Positions 51,543 through 63,054 are shown, numbered from the whole stretch's first letter. The stretch: DNA of 63,054 bases, filler included, from Gonapodya sp. JEL0774 (GCA_027604505.1; 27 parts of 27 records of this genome joined end to end with filler, not necessarily neighbours in it); one strand, 5' to 3'. Translations and numbers: made by a program. Notes: a model not told the origin generated them from the sequence alone.

Positions 51543-51697
51543 GAGGCCACACCAACACGAGCGATACCGAGTGTCCATACCGCCGGAGGTGATTGAATGA
51601 ACAAGCGTGACCGAGTACGGTCGCGGACTTGCCCTCCGGGAGAGAGAGCGGTCTGTACGGGGCGGGATTGCACGTGCGGACCAATTAACCCTTCTAG
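51543..51697 (+). repeat. Intronic repeat element copy A
   Basis: ACACGAGCGATACCGAG...TGAACAAGCGTGACCGAG...TTGCCCTCCGGGAGAGAGAGCGGTC...CCAATTAACCCTT, shared with copies at 52052 and 62905. Confidence 0.75.
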
Positions 51698-51858
51698 GAT
51701 GGACTGAATGGACCAATTGACCCTTTTGGAACGGAATATTCTGTTGTGGGGGGTGACTGCACCAATCATCCCCCCCACCCTGCCTGCCCCATTCTAACTA
51801 TCATCCTGTCCCCCCTACCCACGACCCCACCCCGCACCCCGCATCACCCTCTTCCCAG

Positions 51859-53663
51859 CTCGTCGCCGCCCTCCGGCCCCACAACCTCACCCTCCCCACC
51901 CTTGCCTCCATCCTCGAACAGCAGGTCGGCGGGTTCAGTCAGACCGGTGCGCACGGGTCGGGTGCCGCCATCGCACCCGCAGACGAGTACGTCGTGGGTC
52001 TGACGGTGGTGACGCCGGAGCAAGGGGTCCTGGAGTTGAATATGGAGAAAGGTGAGTCGGTGCTGGGCCCAGCGCGAGCGCCTGAACGAGCGTGAGCGAG
52101 ATGGGGCGGGGATGGGGATTGCTCGCCGGGAGAGAGAGCGGTCCATATGAGCCAATGAACCCTTGTTGTCCGCCGGACACCTTCCTGGCCAGAGGCCACA
52201 TGCTCATAGGGACTCTTCAACCATATCAAGGTCATACAGACTTCCATGTTTGGTCATGTGGTCCTGTTGGTATGGACATGGACTCATGGAGCTCTCATCC
52301 CACCCACCCTTCCGACCCCCTCACAGACCCCCGCCTGTTCCTCCTCGCCCGCTCCTCCCTGGGCACGCTTGGCATCGCCGCCCACCTGACCCTCCAACTC
52401 GTTCCGGCACACAAGCTCGTCGAACGCAGTTTCGCCACCACGCCTGCCCACGTGAGCCAGATGCACACCTCGTGGCTGGCCCACTCGAGACACTTGAGGT
52501 ACCACTGGATTCCCCACACGGATACCGTGGTCGTCTCGGCGGCCAACGTGGTGGGGTCGGAGCAGGCACAGTGGTTCGAAGGGACCGTGCCGAGGGAGGC
52601 CAGAGTACCACCCGACGCGGTTCCAGCGCCGTTTGCGGAGCGGGCAGAGGCACTCTTGGACCTGTACCGCCACCTCTCCCCCACCAACCCCACCGCGCTT
52701 CCCCCCCTCCCCGCGGACCTCGACCTCTCCTCCCCGGCCCCCTCCTCCCTCACCTACACCACCCTCCGCGACCGCCTGTACTCCTACGCTCCCCTTGACG
52801 TGTCCCACGTGCGGGCCGTGAACGCGGCCGTCGCGTCGTACCACCAGAGGACCCCCGTGTGCCGTGTGGACTGGTCAGACAAGATCCTGGGGTTCGACTG
52901 TGGAGGGCAGCAGTGGGTCTGTGAGGTGGCGTTCAAGGCCGGGGTCGAGGTGGAGGACGGGGTGGGCGTGGGGTATGGGTTGGAGGGTGTGGGTGCCGGT
53001 GGGACAGACGCGGCGGGCATGGACGGCGCAACCGCTACCACCGCCACCGCCACCACTGGCGCCGCGTCCATCACCTCCTACGTCTCTTCCCTTCTCCCGT
53101 GGCTCGCCACCCGCGCCACCCCTCCTTCCTGCCTCTCCCCCACCTCGCTCTCCCTCGCCGCATCCCTCCCCCACCCCACACGCGACCTCCTCTTCATCTC
53201 AGACCTGTACCAGCTCATCCACGACCACGCCATACCTGCCCACGAGCCTCTCGAACAGCGATGGACCGCGCCGTCCCGCAGCCCCATGTCGGTGGCCCAC
53301 GCGGGGGCCTGGGCGGGCCGCCCGGTGTTTTGCTGGGTCGGGATCATGCAGTACTTGCCCGACTTGGTCTGGGGCGACCTGGCCAACGAAAAAGCCCGCG
53401 AGGATATCACGCGGTCCTTTACCGGCTGGCGCCGCCTGTGCGCCCGGCACTTGTGGCCCGCGTACGGGGCAAGCGAGCACTGGGGAAAGATTGAAGTGCC
53501 GGTGGATCCCCAGGGAAGGCAGAGTACGGCGTTGAGGGTGAGGGATAGGTTTGGGAAGGCGCTGGTGGAGGAGGTTGGCAGGTGGAGGGGGAGGTTGGAC
53601 CCCAAGAACTGTTTGGGGAACGGGGATGTGGACGTGTTGTGGCCCATGGTGAAGGTCGAGTAG
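51859..53663 (+). CDS. GLDH: L-galactono-1,4-lactone dehydrogenase (plant GLDH-type aldonolactone oxidoreductase), 5'-partial; intron 52052-52326
   Basis: LASILEQQVGGFSQTGAHGSG, LRYHWIPHTDTVVV, WSDKILGFDCGGQQWV, PLEQRWT, WVGIMQYLP, HWGKIEVP, LDPKN. Confidence 0.9.
52052..52165 (+). repeat. Intronic repeat element copy B (starts at the 5' splice site)
   Basis: GTGAGT...TGAACGAGCGTGAGCGAGATGG...TTGCTCGCCGGGAGAGAGAGCGGTCCATATG...CCAATGAACCCTT. Confidence 0.8.
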
Positions 53664-53845
53664 GCGCGGGTGGGCAGATACCGAGGTTTGTGGTTTGGTG
53701 GGCTGTGCGTCGGTGGTCGTGGATGAAGGAGCTGGGGAGAAGCATNNNNNNNNNNNNNNNNNNNNNNNNNNNNNNNNNNNNNNNNNNNNTTAATTAATTA
53801 ANNNNNNNNNNNNNNNNNNNNNNNNNNNNNNNNNNNNNNNNNNNN

Positions 53846-55733
53846 GGGTGCTGCTTCGCAACTGTTGGGAGTACTCTGCCCCCATAAAGAGAGAGCCACT
53901 TTCTCCCTCGGTCGTCCAACTCTTCTTTGAACTTTTGTGGAACAAATTTGAGTGGTACGATGGTAAGCTGCGGGAGGGTAATCGATAAGTGACACCTATT
54001 CACAAGGGCCATAAAGCAAGCAGAACACTCACCGTCGAAATTTTCCGCAGTCCTCCAAACGGCATCACTGCTATGGTCTTTGTGGGCCTACTAAACTTAC
54101 CTCCCCCCGAATACTCCACCGTCGTTATGTCCACACCGAAATGCGGATTGGAACCCCCCCAAATGTACTCCGAGTACTCCACTTGTCCAGCCTGAGGTTG
54201 GCCTGACACTGGATCTATGGACCACACGCGTTCCCCTTTTGGGAAGATGTACCAGAGGAGGTGGTACGCGATGGATTGGAGGGACGGGTGGAGGAGCAGG
54301 GAAAGTTTTGTGGCGGTGGGGAGGAGTTCAGCTGTGAGGAAGGTGAGGAAGATGCGGGAGTCGGTGAGGCGAGATTCCAGGACGTGGAGTGAAGGTTTTG
54401 AGGCAGCTTCGGTGGCGGGAGTGGCGGTCGCTGAGGTTGGTGGGATGGCGGACGATTCGGTTTCCGTGGAAGAAGGTGCCACGGCGGTAGCTTCTGGGAT
54501 CAGCGAGTCTGGAGGAGTGGATGATTCTTTCTGAGGTTCGGCCGCACTGAGCACTGAGTCCTTTGAGTCACCCTCCACGTGTGTCCCCTGCTCGCCCTCT
54601 GCGTTGTCAGTCTCTTCCTTTTCCTTCAACTCCTTCACCTCCTTCTCCATCCTCCCGACTACCTCCTCCAGTTTTCCTTTGTGGAGAAAGACACTCTTGA
54701 CTTCCAGAAATGGAACTGCGTCGTGTACTTGTTCGTTGTCAGGGAGACACTCGCGGAGGACGTGCGCAAGGTTCGGTGACTTGATTTTGACACTATCAGA
54801 TTGAAAAAAAATTGAGATAATATGAGAAAATATTTCGATCGAAGAGAGATCGGTCAATAACACCAGACTAGCCCCATCAAGTTTCTAAGCCAACTCACTA
54901 CACATCTTTGGTGTCCTCCCCCCTCACCACACGGTGCCGAGTGTGCACTACGAAGCGAATTTTCTCTTCTTCCTTGGCCGTAGAGCCATCGTCCTTCCGT
55001 TCCTCCCAGTTACCGATTTGGTTGTTGTAATATTCTGATGCGGTGGCCAGTAACAACAATAGGATGAATGAGTGATACTCACAGCAAGCCTGAGATAAAC
55101 ATCCCAGTCAACAGTCATTGACTCACCGACAATACGCCGATAGCCCTGCTCCTCGTCCTCCTTCTCCTTGCGCTTTTTCGCTGCCGTCTCCGCATCATCC
55201 CCAGCATCCCCTTCGCCGTCGGAACCGACATCTGAGCCATCGTCAGCCGCATTTCCCCGCCCCCCGCGAAAATTGAAAAAGTTCGCGGCGCGACTTAACA
55301 TGTTTGTAGATATGAGCTCCCATGTCTTTTCGCGTTTGGTAGACACCGCCGAAGGCAAAGGGCGACGGGGCTTCTTGGCAGCCCCTGATGTCGAAGACAG
55401 GGACGTAAGATTCGAGGTAGATCGGGTCTGACGAGCCTTTATTCTGTTATTGACTCTTTTGAGTGCCACTCTGGCAGAGTGCTGGAGTAGTTTGGGGTTC
55501 CCTGTCCCATTTGGTGTCACCGGAGAATCAGGCGGGGAATTCTCGTCGACGTGATCATTTTTCTCTTTCTCTGTTTCCGATTCATATCCATCAGCGTCCT
55601 GCTCCGTTGTAGTTGGTGGAACAGAACTCGAAGCGATGAGCAACGAAGACACGAGAGTTGCCGTCGCTACACCCAAGACGGCGCCTGCGATGAGAGAGGG
55701 GACGGATATCGCGTGTTGGCGGCGGGCAGACAT
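53846..55733 (-). CDS. N-terminal half of a probable fungal AAA+ ATPase (DUF7025-like region), 3'-partial
   Basis: N-terminal TM segment, then IKSP.L..VL, IAYHLLWYIFPKG, VEYSGG.F......I..F.G...I..L..VPL and RGRKWLSL patterns typical of that family. The ATPase domain is not in the contig. Confidence 0.65.
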
Positions 55734-56288
55734 CGAGGGAACAACAGGAGAGAAGAGTTGATGGGGCTGCAGTGAAGTCGAGTCTGACGGGATTCGAAGA
55801 CTGGCCACAGTAGACACTAAGCGGCAGTGAAATATCGCTCGCCCGCCTGGAGATCGTTTTCAAAGCCAGGGAAAATGTCAAATATGATAATACTGCTCTG
55901 GTTGCTGTAGCAGAGTCCGGCAGCAGGCTAAGTACTATCCCCAAAATATGTCTCCAGCTCCAACTAAAGTGATCACAGCCGACTCTTTCACAGTCTCTCG
56001 TCATTCGCGACGAACAACCTCCTTCTCATCTCAGATCATTGTCATCATGGAGTCTGCTCCACTGTTCTACCTANNNNNNNNNNNNNNNNNNNNNNNNNNN
56101 NNNNNNNNNNNNNNNNNTTAATTAATTAANNNNNNNNNNNNNNNNNNNNNNNNNNNNNNNNNNNNNNNNNNNNTTGCCCGCTGGTCCGAGCCTAATGTCA
56201 ACACATTCCTTCGGCGATCTCCCATCTCAGGATACGTGAAGATGCCGATGAAGTTCTGTAAGAATCGACCACTCAATTAATTTATTTA

Positions 56289-58401
56289 TTATTGCGACTG
56301 GTTGTTATCTGAAGTTCCAGTCTCAACCGTGGTCTCAGAACCACCAAATACACCGCTCATCGCCCTTCCAATACTCTCCGCTACAGGCATAAACATCGAT
56401 AAAATACTTGATTGGTTATTTGATTGCGCAGTCACGTTAGATCTCGACTCGGCCGAGGAGAACGTGACAGAGGCAGATGGGAAGTCTGCAGTCACTGATC
56501 GTCGCCCCGAGTTCAAAGCCCGAGTGACCTCATTGCGCATCCTGTCGGGTACGTAATGATGATTATGCATAGTATGTGTATCCTTACTTTCGGACAACTC
56601 ACCACTCTCCCATCCCCGCAAGACCCTGTCCTTTGACAGTCCTCCCGTCACTAGCACTGGCCATTGTCGAACCAACAGTCCGATACAAGATTTCTGCCCT
56701 CGTGATAGTCTCTGCACACTGTTGTGGGGTCCATGTCGCGTCACCTGCAAGAAGTCGCTTGGCGAAGCTATGATAAAAGGAGGACAGGAAAAGCGGACCT
56801 GAGAATGCTTCTTCCTTAGTTGCTTGACAATTCCCTCAAAGCAACGCACCTATACTTCCACATCACTTCTGGCGATAAGACCAACCCGAGCTCCTGACCC
56901 TTTTTCCGTAAAGCCGAATCCAACTGATTAAGTTGGCTTGTTCCAGCATCAGCATTGAACTTTTGATCTCCACTCGTGTGATTCGAAGAAACCGTCGTAG
57001 CGGTGTCAGATTCAGTGGAATCCGAACCTGCAGACGGGGGTTGAGTTACAGAGACCCCTCCGCTCGTCCTTGCGGGGGAGCTCCGACCAAGTTCACATAT
57101 CCAGTGACCGAGACGCATACGTGGGGACCATTCTCCGTAAATGTATTCTCGTGCGAGTGTCCGTGCCAGTTCTTCCAATGAGAAATCATCTGGTGGAACT
57201 GGATTCCCTGCCGTGTCCATCAACGCTAACACCCTCGGGTCGGTTGGATCCCACAGTTCACTCCCCAAAGACCTCACAGTCACTCCGTCGACCGCCTCCG
57301 GAGAGAGAAATGTTCCCTCAGACACGGGCATGGCATACCGCGCCATGTTGCCAAGCATCTCCGCTCCGATCTTTTCAACCATCGATTTCAGACGGTACCA
57401 CGGGTGGCGTGCGACAGGGATGCACGGAACAGGGATGTACGAGGGAAAAGGGTCATCTTGCAATGATGAACCAGCACGGATAGCCAGACCCGAAACAATC
57501 CAAGAAAGTGAGACGCGAACTGAGAGGATCCGCAGGGTGATTGGAGACGCTGTGACCGGTGGGAGAGAAGCCTCCTCTATCGAGTCGTCGGGTTGTACCT
57601 CCCCTGATGAGCTTCCATCATCCACCACCTCATATCGGACCACCGAGTCCATCTCCCCACACCATCTGGTCCCTTTGGTCAGCCCATCTGCTTTCGGCCC
57701 TCCCCGCTTTTCAAGATTCTCCGCCGCCGTTCCCGTCCGGATGTACAGTGTGCGATCCATTGCTGGCGAGAATGCGCGGTGGAACATGGTTTCTGCGGAG
57801 CGAGTTGGTGAAGGTGGGCGAGGAATTTGTACGAGTGTGCTTGTGGAGGCAGTGGAGCCGGATCCTGACGCTGGAGAAGATGCAGGACCAGGGATAAGGA
57901 TGAAGTTATTGATAGGGACGGATGGCGGTGTCATCTGCGTTGGGGTAGAGCTGCTATTGCCGCGGTGTTGGGCCGCGATATTCGTGCGCAGGTTTGGTAT
58001 CGAGGTGGGACGGGTCCATTCCGAATACCTAAAGCGTGGAGCAGAATACGATATAAAATTTAGAAACAGGGTTGCTGCACCGTAGTGTATTCGGAAAGAC
58101 TCACAACAACTTCAATCCGGGCATTAGCCGGCGTTGCTTCGCAGGGAGAACCACGGTGCCATATTCTGGACTGTCCTGGTCACCCCCACCTGGGAGAGAT
58201 GCATGACGTGCCAGCGAATCTTTGGGAATGGACGAGCGATGGCGTTCCATAGGGAGAGGTGGCGGTGGCATTGGCTGGGGCGTGAAGACGATGTCCGCGT
58301 CGTGCAATTCGAAGCGAGCGGGTGCCAGATAGATTTTCGTATAGGGTGCCTATGTGGTATTCGTAGTTCAGATTGATGGATGGGGGGGACGCGGTTGGAA
58401 T
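56289..58401 (-). CDS. Hypothetical protein C-terminal part (spliced)
   Basis: Long minus-strand ORFs (372 and 186 aa) with GT-AG-compatible junctions; no family recognised. Confidence 0.55.
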
Positions 58402-58649
58402 NNNNNNNNNNNNNNNNNNNNNNNNNNNNNNNNNNNNNNNNNNNNTTAATTAATTAANNNNNNNNNNNNNNNNNNNNNNNNNNNNNNNNNNNNNNNNNNN
58501 NCCGTTCATGTTGTCGCGGTGGGCCACTTTATTTTGATTTCATGATGTAATTGGAAGGAAATCTATTTTCCCTCGTAGCATAAATTTGCTGTTTCCGAGC
58601 ATTGGATGACGCATGCAATGCCTCCTGCTGAACTGAGTTCATTATCCAC

Positions 58650-59660
58650 TCTTCTCATCCGTGACCGGCGCTTCCAGTACCACTGCCTTTCTGTCCTGAT
58701 CCCAGGTGTCACTAGCTCCACCATATTTTTTCAACCTGACCGGCACTGTGATCCGCTCGGCCATCGATTTTCGTATATCTCCAACAGCACGCCTTCTGAC
58801 CCATCCCGCTGGTCAAGGAGGTCTCGCTGAATTTGACCATCGCGGGTAAAGGCCATCATGATATGAGGAGGACCAAATAGAATCGATGCGGATCTTATAT
58901 AATCAAGTAGTACGGGAGATAAGTAAGAACTGGGATGATGATAGAAATGGATGATACACAGTGTAGAATGGCCCACGTGTGAATGGCCTTCCCATAAGTT
59001 CCGACCAACTGAGATCAAAATTCATCGGCTATGTTTAGTGTCAGTAGCGCACGTTGAGATTTTTCCCGTGTGATCACCTGCCGCATAACTTGCAACTCCG
59101 CTTCATCCCTCGCGACTGCCGGTGCCAGACCGTGAGTTGACGTCGCGATGACACCACCCCCATTACCTCATACACGTGAGAATGCCACAAAATTTTCTCC
59201 GTGTCAGGAAGGGCTTCAATTGATATGGTACGTGCAGTTGGCAAATGCGGGTAATGCGTTTAATGACAACCGTGCTGAAACGCGGAAATAGTAGGTCCGA
59301 GCCTTCACCACGGAAGAGTTTCTCCAATATAATGTACTCCACTCCTATCAATCTAGCATCAGATTTGGAACCGTCGTAGATGACGCACTGACGGAATTCT
59401 TCGCTCAGGTGTGAACAATAGTGATGAGCTTCCAACTTTGCCGAGCGCTCGCGATCAGCATTATGAGCCCATCAGGTTCGAGACCAAACCCTAAGCTGAC
59501 TTGTTTGTTCAAGTCCCCGCTGTCGAAATGAAACCCACACATGTGCTCCCAAATCTTGTTACATAACGGGGTTGAAGTTTTGAATGAGCGAGGCGGTTCC
59601 CTCAAGCATCATAATACGGTTGCTTTCTGGATCATTTGGTGGAGCTTTCTGTTTAGATGT
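58650..59660 (-). pseudogene. DUF1264 / oil-body-associated-protein family gene with frameshifts
   Basis: [29 protein letters not shown]....RQCVIYD....[38 protein letters not shown]. Frameshifts near 59562 and 59158. Confidence 0.85.
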
Positions 59661-60996
59661 GCAGTGAGATGTAGTGAGATCGGTGTGGTAGGCAGTGAAG
59701 TTGAGAGCAAGATCGAAATAGGAATCGTGCCGCGAGCCAGTCCAACGTCAACGGACGCAAGTGATATTACATTGCCATCAAATGTACACATTTTCGAACA
59801 GAATTACGTCATCGGGCCCTTGTGCCTCTGCTTCAAGGAACCGTCAAGTTCTGTGCAGCTTCTGTATGAACGAACGTTCGCCCTGTTGCATCCCTTCCTT
59901 CGCCCTTACCTCCACGTCGCATTGCGGTTTCCTTGCCAAACGCTCTTGCAGGATGGTCTTTGCTGCCGACGCTGATGTATCCCCCGGAGAAGCCAATAGC
60001 CTGGGATAAAGAATGACTCAGCCATCTGACGATTTGACTGTACTTAGCCGCAAGAAGAGCAGCCGAAACATCTTACTTACAGCACTTCCCAAGAATATCG
60101 TAACCCATGAGAACCACGGAGTTTGATCTTTCTTCTCTCCAGGAGCGTTTTTGACCGCCTGCTCTGCTCCCGGCCTGCCCGTGGCAACCGTCTGCGGCTT
60201 CGTACTCGTGAACGTATACAGAAGCCGCCGAGAGAGCAAGAGTGCGCGTCTATTGAGACTGTTGAAATCGTCGCGTTTAAATTGAATGCGGCTTTAGCGA
60301 TTGGAAACTCAGAGGCTCCATCATGACGTCATCTAATGCTCCCACCAAAAGCTGCACGCAAGCCGTCATGCTCCCACCAACCAGACCATCTGGATTTGCC
60401 ATGGTACCCAGTAGAATATCAGAATACTCTTCACCGTGCACGATTTGGAAAATCAAGACATAAATCTTCGACCTAGAAAATAGAGGACATTCATCCAGTT
60501 CCAAATTGCAATCAGGATAAAACTTGAGCTCTGCGTGATTTACATGAATTTGATCAATTGGGATCTTCCGTTGTCGGTCTCTTCCACTTCCGATCCCGAT
60601 CAATCCGGCTGAAGAGACAAACGCCGGAGGAATAATTTTCTGAACCCATCATCTGAACTCGCTGTTTCTCCAAAATGTCGATGAAAGGGAAGGTTGTTTT
60701 TGTCTCGTGAGTTTTCGCATGTCGCCCANNNNNNNNNNNNNNNNNNNNNNNNNNNNNNNNNNNNNNNNNNNNTTAATTAATTAANNNNNNNNNNNNNNNN
60801 NNNNNNNNNNNNNNNNNNNNNNNNNNNNGGCCAGTACCTACAGGATCCACCTCAGCAGGCATGCCACCTTAGCTGCATGACTTGATGGTTCTGTGTTGGC
60901 ACCAGGACCCATCTCAGTGTCCTACCTTTTCAACCATACTTGAGATCATATCATCTTATGTGTATGTTGCTTTGCTGTTTTTGTTGTTGAGTTAAT

Positions 60997-61875
60997 ATGC
61001 TTACTCTGTCCATACTTTATCTTGAAAGTGTTGAAGAACCAGCACCTGTGCAACTGCCTGCTCTACTCAATATTGATCCAGTTATTGATGTTGCAACATT
61101 GGTAGACCTTTCAAGTAAATCAGCTGCAGAGCAGGACTTTGACAGTGCATCACAGCTTTATGCACAAGCAGCAGAGATGAGGAATCCCACTGCTCAAGAG
61201 CGCCTTGGCTTCTTTTACCAGATTGGACTTGGTGTTCTTTCAAGGGATCTTAGCAAAGCTGTAGAGTTGTACCAAAAGGCTGCAGATTTGAATGAGTCAA
61301 ATGCCCAAATTGCTTTAGGTGGATTCTATTGGACAAAGACTGCAGGCCTTGATGATCCTAGTATGGCAGCATTATGGTTTGAGCGTGCAGCACTTCAAGG
61401 ACACACTGCTGCCCAAAATAATCTTGCTTACTGTTACCAGCATGGTATTGGAGTTGGCAAGAATCGACTAAAAGCTGCTGAAATGTACAAGGAGGCAGCT
61501 CTGAAAGGGAATGCAAAAGCTCAAACAAATGTTGGCTCCTGCTATTACTGGGGGATTGGGTATGAAGAGGATAGGGAGGAAGCTGCTAAGTGGCTTGAGC
61601 TTGCAGCGACCCAGGGGGAAACAACTGCTCAATTCTGGCTTGCTGATTGTTATGCATGTGGTGTAGGTGTGCCTTTAGATGCGAAGAAGGCTGCAGATCT
61701 ACTTGAGAGAGCTACGCTACCAGCACCTCCTCCTTCTGATTTGGGGCAGGTTGATTTCTACGATTTTTTTAATGGTATTGAAGCGAGTGGACCTCCTCCA
61801 CGTGTCTGGCATGACCAGCCAAGTAGTGCACACCTTGCATCTAAGTCTTTGAAGAAAATCATATTTGATCTCTGA
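60997..61875 (+). CDS. Sel1/HCP-like repeat protein (true start probably upstream, spliced)
   Basis: About 5 Sel1 repeats, e.g. AQNNLAYCYQHGIGV.KN...AA.MY..AA..G. Confidence 0.9.
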   Translation: MLTLSILYLESVEEPAPVQLPALLNIDPVIDVATLVDLSSKSAAEQDFDSASQLYAQAAEMRNPTAQERLGFFYQIGLGVLSRDLSKAVELYQKAADLNESNAQIALGGFYWTKTAGLDDPSMAALWFERAALQGHTAAQNNLAYCYQHGIGVGKNRLKAAEMYKEAALKGNAKAQTNVGSCYYWGIGYEEDREEAAKWLELAATQGETTAQFWLADCYACGVGVPLDAKKAADLLERATLPAPPPSDLGQVDFYDFFNGIEASGPPPRVWHDQPSSAHLASKSLKKIIFDL

Positions 61876-62210
61876 TCAGGCCTGGAAGGTTTAATCAGTA
61901 AATTTGGATGTATCTTTGTGTAGTAATAAGTTAGTTAATCGGAACCCCAGGAGCAATGTTGTATTGAACTTTGAATTCATTCAAAAGCTTAGTTGGCCCC
62001 ACACAGCCTACTCCCTATGTTTTACTGGTAACTAGTGACATTCAAAAGTCCAGAGCAAGGGGCTGCGATGAAATCATGGGCCTGTGAAGTATCACCAGTA
62101 TGCTGGGTACATTGCTGGTTGGGCTTGTAGGGCTTCACATAATAGTAGATCAGTAGCTTTGCTTGTATGATATAACACTTCAATCCCATTCACCTGGTCA
62201 CGATGAAAGA

Positions 62211-62904
62211 ATGAAGAACTTGTGGGGACGGGCCACTCTTACTCCGACGATGGCGGCCTCTCCCCATTCACCTCACTTGACCCCTTCAATGGGAAACGCC
62301 GATGCAGAGTCGGAATCAGCTATGACCTCCGCCTCTTCCCATTCTCCCGCTTCCCACTCGTCCCCCCCTTCAACTCTTCGTCCATGGCTCAACGAACTCC
62401 ACCGGAACCGCTCAACTCTCGTACCAAAAGCACGACGCCAACTCGACAATTTCATCCCGACTCCACTCACAATAATGCGAGTGAATCAGATCGACGCGGA
62501 GTTACTGGACGACGACTTGAACAGGTCCTTGAACGAACGACTCATTTCACTGGTCGGGCAGCTCCTCGTGAGTTCTGTCCTCACACATTTAGGAAGCGGA
62601 CCGGAGCTGGTCAAACCTGAAAATGATTGATTATCTTTCCCATGCTTGGATGGTTCCACGTTGTCCCTGCTACCCCGGTTCGATGCCCCTAATACGTTCC
62701 ATCATTCCGTCTGATGCCCCGGCTTTGATGCGTTGGCTAGCCCTACCTCAAGGACCACTTCGAACCTGAAATCACCGCCATTTTCCAAGCCACCTTGTAC
62801 CGTTTCTCCATTGGGACTACGAATGCTTCTTATGGAAGTCAATTGCAGAACTTGAAGTACCGAAACGAATGGGCTCATTGGGTCAACCGTGGGTATACAG
62901 TCGA
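62211..62904 (+). CDS. PEX2: Peroxin Pex2 N-terminus (3'-partial; intron 62568-62740)
   Basis: MRVNQIDAELLDDDL | FEPEI......LYRFSI....SYGSQLQNLKY. The second donor is at 62889, 62893 or 62905. Confidence 0.9.
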
Positions 62905-63054
62905 GTGAGCGAGGGCCGGCCCCACACGAGCGACAGCGAGGACCTATACGAGCATTAACGAGATGGTGCGGGCTTGCCCCGCCGAGAGAGAGAGAGAGGT
63001 CCATATGTGGTGCATCCCTTCCAAGCGGCTCCGTATGGCCCGGATGAACCATAT
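62905..63054 (+). repeat. Intronic repeat element copy C in the PEX2 intron
   Basis: GTGAGC...ACACGAGCGACAGCGAG...CGAGATGG...TTGCCCCGCCGAGAGAGAGAGAGAGGTCCATATG. Confidence 0.8.

Noticed and set aside
52163..53745. Numerous long alternative-frame ORFs around GLDH
   Set aside because: Expected shadow ORFs in very GC-rich coding DNA. The N-terminal ~78 aa of the 523-aa ORF is intron read-through.
47551..57615. CTGATGA motifs (about 47551, 47665, 57605; also 7487) as hammerhead cores
   Set aside because: All lie in coding exons and lack the flanking stems and a correctly placed GAAA.
57141..58085. 314-aa plus-strand ORF
   Set aside because: It is antisense to the 372-aa minus-strand frame that connects to neighbouring exons, and its composition is typical of an antisense shadow.

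Overview
This window is not contiguous genome. It consists of 27 short contigs (about 2.23-2.26 kb, in descending length order) joined by 26 identical 100-bp artificial linkers (N44-TTAATTAATTAA-N44), so gene neighbourhoods across linkers carry no meaning. The DNA is eukaryotic, with short GT-AG introns, and the gene content points to an early-diverging, chytrid-grade fungus; a Gonapodya/Monoblepharidomycete-like organism is my inference. Recognisable genes, mostly partial: Ca2+ P-type ATPase, cytochrome P450, THUMP/Tan1, Whi3-like RRM protein, ATF2/Atf1-like N-terminus, cyclophilin, UGP1, ankyrin proteins, crotonase, HOM6, Sel1-repeat proteins, TLC-domain protein, PSD2, fungal transcription factors, DUF167, a PolX-like protein, a plant-type L-galactonolactone dehydrogenase, a DUF1264 pseudogene and PEX2. 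Mobile DNA includes a Ty1/copia RNase H end and a two-gene PIF/Harbinger element. Most notable: (1) a shared, introner/MITE-like sequence in long introns of two unrelated genes; (2) a chromodomain-like segment spliced in frame to an F-box/LRR-like protein; (3) a PolX homolog missing a catalytic Asp; (4) a plant-type GLDH; (5) an expanded F-box-like/ankyrin family; (6) local CpG depletion suggesting 5mC. All calls come from reading motifs by eye; no database searches were run.
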